A stretch of 61,614 nt of DNA, the filler included, from Pirum gemmata (lineage: Eukaryota): NCBI GenBank assembly GCA_002812295.1. It is 15 parts of 15 records of this genome, joined end to end, with 100 filler letters (N's around TTAATTAATTAA, not from the genome) between each part and the next. Parts side by side here need not be neighbours in the genome. Positions count along the whole stretch, not along the records: positions 49,406 to 53,398 come from PDIN01001621.1; positions 53,499 to 57,492 come from PDIN01001622.1; positions 57,593 to 61,614 come from PDIN01001623.1; 12 more parts are not named here. One strand, given 5' to 3'. A program made the translations under genes and the position numbers. A model generated the notes under the pieces. It was given only the letters and a program-made list of their open reading frames with translations. It searched no databases and was not told where the DNA came from. Every line of letters begins with the position of its first letter. Positions within the stretch are counted from its first letter, which is position 1. Shown piece by piece: positions 51,496-61,614 of this stretch.

Positions 51496-52941
51496 TCCAA
51501 TTGATACATTTAATTATTTATTATACAATAATTTACATACGTAAAAAAAATGAATCTAACTAACTTTGTTTATATGGCATACTGTTTGTTGATAAAGACA
51601 TATCACAGAGACGTATCAAATCTTTCAATCATCATATAAAAAGAACCATTTGTATATAGAAACCAGTTTTCAAGAATATAATTCTTTTGTTTTTATTTTT
51701 AATTTTTTAAATTTTGCTCACAATTGTGATTTTCCAAAATAAATACACTTTTATAAAGTTGTTTTCATAAATAGAAAAAAAAAAAATTGTAGCTTTTAAA
51801 CTTATAAAACATTACAACCATAAGCTTAATTGGCTTAATATAGAAAGAAACTTTGGAACATGTATATACTTGCATAACTTAAATATTTTTATTTTAAAAA
51901 GTAAAGTTATCGGCAAAATGTCAACTTTTGCCCTCTGAAACTTTATTGACCATATTTGGCAATTCCAGCTCTCTTTAAAAAAAAAAAAATGTTTTAAAAC
52001 ATTGCGTTTTTCCAGGAAGGCAAAGTTTTACTATGTAATCGAGGTTCGATTTTTATATAGTAAAAAACTAAAAATTAACTTGCGTATCTCTTGCTAAATT
52101 TCCCCTCTTGGGGTTTTCTCAACCTGATCAACAGGTGGTTTACTAATTATTGTTGAAGTGGGGTTGGCAAAATTCCATGCGTTTTCGGGTCATTTGAAAG
52201 GTCTGTTTTGTACTTTTTTATTTTTCTGGACAGTACAGAGACAATTGATAAAATGTAGGGCTTTTCAGAAAATGTTTTAAATTGGACCCAAAAATTTATT
52301 TATTTTTGGGTAATTTTAGAGTCTATTTTCTCCGAAAGTATCATTTTTACAGTTTCCCCAACCTAGTTTTGAGTTTTTTATATAGGTTTGATTTGCATTT
52401 TTTTCTGCCGATCAAAAAATTACAATATACTTAATATCAATTTGGTCGTTTCATAACAGCTTTTAACTGCATTATTTAAAACCGCACCAAACTTTAATAT
52501 TTTAAAGTTGACCAATCAAAAGGCTAAAAAACTGATCGATATAATGATCCATTTGGTTTCTTGAATTTCGAATCATATTTGTTCTATAATTTTCTACTAT
52601 ATTTTGCTTTTTACCTTTCTTACTCCTTTGATCATTCTAAATGTGAGAAACTATGTACTTTGGTCGGTTCTCCGAAAAACATCCCCAGACAGGCCAAAAT
52701 TCCAAAAAAAAACAGTAATAAAAAGTATTAAGCGAAATTTCGGCGCAATTTTTGTTATTTCTTTTCTCAGGGACAAAAATTTTTTAATTTTTTTATTATG
52801 ATATGATACTATGTAAAAAAAAAAAAAAAAAATCACAATCCCGGCTTCCTAATCTGATTGGCCAATCCTTCTTCTCTACTGTCCCAGTACTTTTTTTTTT
52901 TGAGCCCAGATGTGAATGTTACAAAAAAAAAAAAACATGTT

Positions 52942-53398
52942 TTACAAGTTTTCAACTTCATGGTTTGCTGTGAATTGTTCTCGTGTATAGTGATATGCTA
53001 TGTCTATGTGGCGTATATTTTTGATTGGAGCTCGGCCTTGTATTATTTGTTTAGCCCCGTGATTATCGATGTACGTATGTATTTGAAGCTGTTGATGTTG
53101 GTTCGGGAGCAATGATTGTATGTTGTTGATGTATTGAGTGGCGCGAAACCCTGCCATAGCTGCAATAAATTCTGCTTCGTTTTGTTGTATTACTACATTG
53201 TTTGTTTGTTTTGCTTTCCAATCTACTACTGCGTTATTGTAGGTATGTATAGTGTGTGGTATTCTATTGTAGTTTTAGCGCATGGTAGGTCGGCCATTGA
53301 GGAATCGGTATATAAAATTAATTTGTCGTTGTTATGTGTGTTTCGTTTGGGGTAACTGATGCCGTAGTGACTGGTGTTGAATAGATATTGTAGTGTGC
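52942..53398 (-). mobile_element. Second, divergent Ty1/copia relic (RT end + RNase H), frameshifted
   Basis: LQYL..T..YGI, LYTDSSMAD, WKAKQ...EAEFIAA, YIDN, RHIDIAYHYTRE. Confidence 0.85.
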
Positions 53399-53608
53399 NN
53401 NNNNNNNNNNNNNNNNNNNNNNNNNNNNNNNNNNNNNNNNNNTTAATTAATTAANNNNNNNNNNNNNNNNNNNNNNNNNNNNNNNNNNNNNNNNNNNNAA
53501 AAAAAAAAAAAAAAAAAAAAAAAAAAACAGAAAAGCAAAAAAATATTTTATAAAACTAATCCCAAAACAAAAACTGTAAACTAGATTTTCATTTTTTTAA
53601 TTAAAAAT

Positions 53609-54394
53609 ATGTTGGAAAAACGCAGTAAATTATTATTTATGAACTTTACTTTGAGAACACAAAAGAATAATGAAACATGCACAATAAAGAGAGCTATAAT
53701 CAACAACAACACTCAAACCAGCATTACGAAAAATAACTATATTAATAGCGCTAGCCACAAGAAATCTAACGGAAATAATAGAACTGAATACAATACCAAT
53801 AATTATAAAACTAAAATTAAACATCAAACTAAATATATCACTTACGTTAACAATATTAATAAAACTAAAACTAAAACTAACAACAATATTAATAATATTA
53901 ATCATAAAACTAAATATATCACTAACAATAGAACTAAAGCGAACAATAACCATAGTACTAGCTATAATATGCTACAAAGAAAATATTCTCAAGAAAATTT
54001 ATTAAGAAAGCCGTCTTTTACGGAAGAAAAGAGTATTGCTATTGAGGTTTACAAAGGGAAAAGCTCGTGTACTGATTTAAACACTTACAACGAAACAAAA
54101 TTATCAACAACCAAAAATAACAGCCTTTCACAATTATTATTAGCTAAGGCTTTTATTAAACAACAAATGATAAGCAATTGCAACTATTTAAATGGAATTA
54201 ATCATAAGAACGAGGATGAAAATGATTACGATGAGGTTGATGGCGCTTATAAAATAGACAGCGATAAAGAAGAAGAAAATATATATGATGATGTAAACAA
54301 TATGTTTATACTTGAAAAAATGGGTCTTCGAAGTCCAAGTACAGCTAGTATCATTTCTATTGATGATACTCGTCGTCACGGAATTGTAGCGTAA
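53609..54394 (+). CDS. Hypothetical Asn/Lys-rich protein
   Basis: 261-aa ATG-initiated ORF with a complex C-terminal half; no recognisable domain. Confidence 0.55.
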   Translation: MLEKRSKLLFMNFTLRTQKNNETCTIKRAIINNNTQTSITKNNYINSASHKKSNGNNRTEYNTNNYKTKIKHQTKYITYVNNINKTKTKTNNNINNINHKTKYITNNRTKANNNHSTSYNMLQRKYSQENLLRKPSFTEEKSIAIEVYKGKSSCTDLNTYNETKLSTTKNNSLSQLLLAKAFIKQQMISNCNYLNGINHKNEDENDYDEVDGAYKIDSDKEEENIYDDVNNMFILEKMGLRSPSTASIISIDDTRRHGIVA

Positions 54395-55244
54395 TTAAAA
54401 CCCATTATCAATAATATCAATGATTAACTGCGCTAGCTAACTAAAATTAAAAAAAAAAACTAAAAAAATAAAATATTATGCAATATTGTTTTAAAAAAGT
54501 ACAAAATAAATAATAAAAGTATTATATTTTTGTATTATATATTATAATATATAATCGATATCTTAGTATATCGTATAAATAATTTGTAACCTGTAATATT
54601 ATATACTTACTTCTTTTTTGATATTATGTACGTATAATATATATACAGATTTTATAAAAATTTAAGTAAACTTCAAAATTCTTTCTTTTATTAAAATTAA
54701 AAAACAAAAAAACAAAATATGAAACACGTGTGCAAAAAACTTCAAATTGGGTTTAATTTTTTGTGTTACAAATTAACATGGTAAGTCAATCATTCGATTT
54801 CATCATTATTTATGGATAAGTTAAAGAGTGAATCAGAAAGTTATAGGGTTAGATCTAGAGTTAGAGTTAAATTAAAATTATAATTAATTAGAGTTAATTA
54901 AAGTTGGGGTTAGGAATAGTTAGGGTTACGAAGTATTATGATCAGAGGGGTATTATAATATAATTAGGGTTAATTAAGGTTAAAGTTAAAGTTAATTATA
55001 AGGTTATCTGCAGGGCTAGTATGGCTGACCAGAATTGGACATAAATGCTGGGGAAAAAAAACTATGACTAGCTATATAGTACTTTAAATTATTTATAATT
55101 ACTTCATTTTTTATTTTATAAAAAAAATTAAAAAAAGTAGATTTTATACATTTTACTCGATTTTATTGTTTTCATGTTTATTTTCGTTTGCTGAATTACG
55201 TACAATTTTTCGTCTATATATTTATAATATATGTAATGTATAAA

Positions 55245-55959
55245 TCACACAGAATACGCTTCTTTACAACTTAAAGTTGATGTAAGCCATGTAAAATCAT
55301 GGTTGAAGTTAAAAGATGGCGTCTTTTCGATGGACAACAAATCATCCCAGTAAATATTCTTGAAAGAATTACTATCAGATACATTATTACTCTCAACTTC
55401 ATTGTCGTTATAATCACACAAACTACTATCTGTGTAACCACTGCCTTCCATATCACTATCTTTTTCTGTTTCACTATTTTCAGTTGTGTTAACTTGATCG
55501 TCACTGTTACTGTGGTAGTCATTCGAGTTGGAATCATCAGATATATTAGTTAAACAATAAAGCATATCTCTACTAAAGGAAAAACTAAACATATCATCAT
55601 TGCGATTAGGGTCAAGGCCAGCCAGGGTACAACCAGCGGAAGGATGCATAGTGGGTCTAGAAAGGGGTGAAAAATTGGGATCCGCACGCAAATGACTAGG
55701 AATCGAATCACCATATTTATCGAGATCTAAATAATAAAATTCATCGTTCCTGTCTTTAAGCCCGCGTTGCTTGATGCGGTTACTACTATATCCATTCAAT
55801 ACATTTTTCAAAGAATTGTTTGATTCGAAACAAGCAGAGTTGGAGCGTTTGCGAATGGGTGATGATGTAGTCGACCCTGAGCGCCTTTTGTTGGAGGCCA
55901 TTGAATGCCTTCGTGGCTGCTTGCTGGTTAGTATTTCGTAACTTCCTAACTTTTCTTTC

Positions 55960-55996
<37 letters not shown>

Positions 55997-56311
55997 GAAT
56001 ATTGCCTTTCGACTGTTGCTGCTGCTGGCGCTGTTGCTGCTTAAGTTGTTTTTTCTGTTTCTGTAATTGATGTTGCTGCTGCTGAGCTTGTTGTACTTGT
56101 GCCTGAGTTTGTTGTAAGCCCCGGGAGATGAAACGGTGATTCTTTTCTCCATTGACAACACCTGCATTTTCTGACACTTCTGACTCGTTTGTTTGTCGCA
56201 TGGACTTTGTGAAGGGAGTTGATGGTGGTGATAAAGATTTGGAATGGGTAATATGTTTCTTGTTAGTGCTGCTGTTATTATTCCTTTTTCGATACGAATT
56301 CACGGTCATCC

Positions 56312-56363
<52 letters not shown>

Positions 56364-56402
56364 ATTATAATGATATATATGTGATGACAATATATATACC
56401 AT
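55245..56402 (-). CDS. Hypothetical poly-N/poly-Q protein with basic (RR/RKR-S) and acidic regions
   Basis: 385-aa ORF with GC higher than its flanks; true start uncertain. Confidence 0.7.
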
Positions 56403-57620
56403 GTGGATTGAAAAGTAATTATAACCATGAGGTCTTAGTACATGTTATAACAAAATTTGTACTAAACAAAGTAATTGTAGCAAAAATTAATTTATATTTT
56501 TACAAAACTCTTGATAGTTAGCATTATCAAATATTATCAACAATGACGTATGGACCGGTATGTAATTATCATAGACTATATCTGATAAACTTACTATGAT
56601 AGCTCTGCAGCTAGCTATAGTCGTAGATAATGGACATCACCTAATCTTACCTGTGCCTCTTTGTCTAAACCACTTTTGGTCATAATTTTAAAGTTCATTT
56701 TTTAAAATAATTAATTTCTGCCTAACACTTTCGAACAATGACTTCTAAAGAATAAGTGATAACCTTTATGAAATTATGAATGTATGTTCCCTAACTCCTA
56801 CGTATATGAATATGATACGATAACTGGAAAAAAACCTCTACTATTTTTTCTTATCAATAATACTGTGGACAGTGTGGAGAGACCCAAGAGAGATGGATTA
56901 CGTCTGTGGTTGGCTCTTGGTTTAGACTTCTATTTGTCGACAAACGCCCGAACTTAGTAGTCTTACTGCTAGAGTCTTACTGTAGCTTACTGTAGTCTTA
57001 TCGATACCTAGGTAGTCTTACAGGTACCTATAACTCCTATAACTCCCCTGACTCCCCTGTATACCTCCCTAGCTAGCTAGAGCTAGCTAGCTGCTATAAC
57101 TTCTAGACTATCATAACTATCATAATAGTCTATAGACCTAGCTAGAGGGGGGTCTATCGATACTATATCGATATATTTAGACTATCTCATCACAAAATAT
57201 ACAATAAATAGTACCAAATTAATACTATATAAATACATTTAATTTAATTTGGTATATTATATTATCTATTTATCCATTTTTAAAAATATCAATTTAAATA
57301 TTATAACCAACCAAATAAATATTCAAGGCGACAAAGTAAACTGAAAAAAAACCTCTAGTAGACTAGACTAGCTACTTGCTACTAGTAGATCTAGACTTAC
57401 CTGGTATTCTAGCTAGCTAGCTAGTAGGTGTCTCTCTTTCTTTGCTCTCGCCAATTTCCAGTCAAATACACCTTCAAATACCCCTACCTACCNNNNNNNN
57501 NNNNNNNNNNNNNNNNNNNNNNNNNNNNNNNNNNNNTTAATTAATTAANNNNNNNNNNNNNNNNNNNNNNNNNNNNNNNNNNNNNNNNNNNNTTATTATT
57601 ATTATTATTTAATCCTACAG

Positions 57621-58782
57621 ATCGCTTGTTATATGGGAAATACTACTATGGTATCAGTTTTTTTGAAGGCAGGGGCAAAGGTAAACCAAGCTGATGCTGA
57701 AGGTTGGACACCGCTACTAAGGGCATGTCAGGTGGGTTGTTTACCTGTTGTTAAGCTCTTGTTAGAAGTGAGGTCACTTAACTTAAAAAAATGCAATAAT
57801 GCCGGTTGCTCAGCGCTACAAATGGCTGCTTATGGTGGTCATTGTGATGTTGTTAAGTACTTATTAAATACAGGTTATTATTGTTATTGTTATTGATTTT
57901 CATTATAACAAACTAACAAACAAACAAACAAACAAACAAACAAACAAACAAACGAACAAACAAACAAACAAACAAACAAAACAAACAAAACAAAAACACA
58001 AACAAGCAAACAAACAAAAAATACAAACAAACAAACAAACAAACAAACAAACAAACAAACAAACAAAAACAAACAAACAAACCCCACCCCTCTTACCACT
58101 ATCATAATCAAACAACTTTATTTTCAATTTTTTCCATACTCTATAGTAAAAGTTCAAGTAAACAAAGCCGACCACACCGGTTGGACCGCCCTCAACGTAG
58201 CTTGTGAACAAGGCCACTTTGGGGTAGTAAAAACTTTAATAGAAGAAGGGGCCGCTGATGTCAATGCTAGTGATATAAATGGTTGGTCCCCTCTCCATTC
58301 TGCCAGTTTGGCTTGGAAAGTAGAAATTGTTATATTGTTAATATTCAGCGGGGCATCGGTAAACAAAACCGATTCGAAAGGTTACACCCCCTTAATGATA
58401 GCAGCACAAGAGGGTTGTTATGATATAATGAAATCTTTGATACTAGATGGTAAAGTAAATACGAATAAAGTCAATATTAACGGTGAAAGTGCATTGCATA
58501 TTGCCGTATTTGAAGGTTATGTTGATGTTGTAAAATGCTTATTGGATGATGGTCAGGTCGAACTTTTTACGAAAGATATAAATGGAAAAAATGCTTTAGA
58601 TGTAGCTGTGGAAGAGGGGTTTACGGATGTTTTGGAGATTTTGGTTGGTAATAAACAGTTTATTACCTTTATGATGACACAAATGAAGGAAGGTGAATGG
58701 TTGCCTTTAAGACCTGAAGAAAGGCGAAAAAAACAAGAACAACAGCAAATGCAAATGCAAATTGAACAAAAACTAAAAGAGC

Positions 58783-58841
<59 letters not shown>

Positions 58842-59083
58842 NNNNNNNNNNNNNNNNNNNNNNNNNNNNNNNNNNNNNNNNNNNNNNNNNNNNNNNNNNN
58901 NNNNNNNNNNNNNNNNNNNNNNNNNNNNNNNNNNNNNNNNNNNNNNNNNNNNNNNNNNNNNNNNNNNNNNNNNNNNNNNNNNNNNNNNNNNNNNNNNNNN
59001 NNNNNNNNNNNNNNNNNNNNNNNNNNNNNNNNNNNNNNNNNNNNNNNNNNNNNNNNNNNNNNNNNNNNNNNNNNNNNNNNNNC

Positions 59084-59151
<68 letters not shown>

Positions 59152-59472
59152 CCAAACCAAACAAATACTTCGCGAAACAAAAAATCCAAATTGGACAAAG
59201 CCCACCATCAGCACCATCAGCACCATCAGCAAACTCAAAAGTTAGTTGTGATTAAAAGTTTAACTTCATTTTTCAAACAAAAACCACAAGTACACCCACA
59301 AAATAACAAAAAGAACGAACCAAAATTTAATAATAACAGTTTTTCTAATGATAATTTGACCTCTCTAAAAACTTTAAATATCAATAATGAAAATAATTGG
59401 AGTAACAATAGTAGTAACTCTCATGACAATTTAACTATCTTCAAGAATGCAAACATAATAAAGGTTTGCTGA
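57621..59472 (+). CDS. Ankyrin-repeat protein with poly-Q tail; exons 57621-57872 and 58147-59472 (gap inside the poly-Q); 5'-incomplete
   Basis: Repeated GWTPL/GWTAL/GWSPLH/GYTPLMIAA/GESALHIA...VVK.LL motifs; phase-compatible GT-AG intron. Confidence 0.92.
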
Positions 59473-60322
59473 AATTCGATCATATTAAATATATATATTC
59501 GAAAAATTAGTTCGATTATTCAAACATAAAGGAGCGTTTAACGCCAATTCCTGGTCAAACAGCTTCAAATACCCCTCCCTACCTACCTACCCCTCCCTAC
59601 CTACCTACCCCTCGACGTTAATTTCTGGTCAAATACCACCTACCTACCTACCCCTTGACGTGACGTATTATTTTAACTATACAAAAAAAAAAGGAGTGAA
59701 AAAACAGTGAAAAAACAGAGCTAGCTAGCTAGCTAGCTAGCTAGTTGTCTAAAATCTCTAAATGCGCGCTTTTTTCTCCTCCAGTTTGTCACTCGTTTAT
59801 TTGGTATTTCGAAACTTATAAATGTGATTATTTTAACGAACTGAATAAATAATAAAACAAACCAAAATATTTAAATTGGATCAAATAAATTTGTATATTA
59901 TTATTTTGGTATTTTTTGGGTACATAAATTTTCTCCACTAGCTAGCTAGTAGTAGACTAGCTAGTCTATGATAGAAGAAGTGCTGAGAAGAAGTGCTGAA
60001 GAAGAAGTGTTAGGTTAGGGTTAGGGTTGGAGGGTTAGGGTTGGAGGGTTTTAGGGTTAGGGTTGGAGGGTTTTAGGGTTAGGGTTAGGGTTAGGGTTAG
60101 GGTTAGGGTTAGGGTTAGGGTTAGGGTTAGGCTCCATTTGGGGTCAGGTCTTTGGGACTTCTTTGGGTTAGGTAGAATATAAAAGTAAGTCAGAAATTTA
60201 AAGTCAGAAAACAAAAATAAAAAATCAAAACAAATCCAGAAATAATATTGTATAATAACGAAGCTATATCAATAAAAGAAGCCAAGCCATTCTCAAAACA
60301 AAACAAAAACAAAAACAGAACC

Positions 60323-61139
60323 ATGGAATCGTTAACCGTCACTGAGTTAAAAACCCTTTGTCAAAGTCGAAGCTTACCCAAAACGGTAAAATTTTGTATA
60401 CATCTACCTGGTACTTTGGGTTACTTATTTTTTTCGAATTTGTTTTCATTCTTTTTTATTTTACATTTTCTTTTCTAGCTCTCTCATAGCAGTTGCTATT
60501 ATCATACGTTTAGGTAGTTATTATTAATGGTTATAGTTATGGTTATGGTTATGGTTATGGTTATGGTTAGGGCTTTAGGGTTAGGGCTTTAGGGTTGGGG
60601 CTTTAGGGTTGGGGCTTTAGGGTTAGGGCTTTAGGGTTAGGGCTTTAGGGTTAGGGCTTTAGGGTTAGGGTTAGGGCTAGGGTTAGGGCTTTAGGGTTGG
60701 GGCTTTAGGGTTGGGGCTTTAGGGTTAGGGCTTTAGGGTTAGGGCTTTAGGGTTAGGGCTTTAGGGTTAGGGTTAGGGCTAGGGTTAAACCTATGTAATG
60801 TTTTTGTTTTCTTGTGTTGGTTTTGTTGACAGAGTAGGGGATAAAAGCGGACCTTATTAGAAGATTGAATGAATCCAAAAAGACAACTTCAGCTTCAAAA
60901 TCAGTGGCCCCTCCTTTAAAAAAGCAATCTAAAACTCCAAAATCAGCAACTCCTATTTCAAAAAAACAATCTAAACAAAAAAAATCGACCACTATTGTCG
61001 AAACTATTACAACTACTACATTAAAAACGACAGAAAAAAGGAAGAAGGTAGAAAAATCAAAAAAGAAGGGCACAAAGAAAGAATTATACCGAAATCAAGA
61101 TCAAGAATCTAGTCAAGAACAATGTCCAGAAGAATCTGA
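60323..61139 (+). CDS. SAP-domain protein, exons 60323-60385 and 60838-~61139; 3'-incomplete
   Basis: Spliced MESLTVTELKTLCQSRSLPKT|GIKADLIRRL fits the SAP consensus; followed by a Lys-rich region. Confidence 0.8.
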
Positions 61140-61495
61140 GTATTCTATTTTGTTTCGTTTTATTATTGCTGTTACTATTATTGTTTTTTGTTAAAATGTT
61201 CTATTATTTATTTACACAAAAACACACCAATTTAGTACTAAAATTATCACTAAATTAGATTAAGAATAGTACTACTATATTCATTTTTATTACTATAACA
61301 ATCAATTAGTTACTTAAATTGTATTTATTAAATGATACTTTCAGCTGCATTTTTTTTAGGACAACTTTGTTGAAAAATACAATACTATGGTTTTCATTTT
61401 GGTACTAATATGATGTTAACATTGTCTATTTTGATAATAATAATAATAGCAATAATTATAATAACAATAACAATAATAATAATAATAATAATAAC

Positions 61496-61540
<45 letters not shown>

Positions 61541-61614
61541 AATACTAATACTAATAATAATAATAATATGATAATAATAATATATATAGTGCTCCGTTGT
61601 GTGATTGTAATGAT

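Overview
This is an AT-rich eukaryotic draft-assembly window, not a contiguous locus. It holds about 15 unrelated ~4 kb contigs joined by 100-nt linkers (44 N + TTAATTAATTAA + 44 N). GT-AG introns, TTAGGG-type repeats and dense microsatellites suggest a protist or early-branching opisthokont (inference only). Recognisable genes, mostly partial: Golgi SNARE GOSR1/Gos1, the glutathione reductase 3' end, an ankyrin-repeat protein, a SAP-domain protein, a small-Tim exon, a ZNF598-like last exon, a 3-exon multi-pass membrane protein, an intronless GGAI/FxNN beta-helix surface protein, an F-box-like/XPA-C-like/beta-helix protein, and a Ser-Pro stalk surface-protein C-terminus missed by the ORF track. 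Intergenic DNA contains several MITE families, two Ty1/copia relics, interstitial telomeric arrays and (TAGC)n patchwork. The most striking object is a complete 76-nt tRNA-like cloverleaf with encoded CCA. It sits inside an inverted-repeat, TSD-like-bounded ~140-bp element next to a truncated copia RT.
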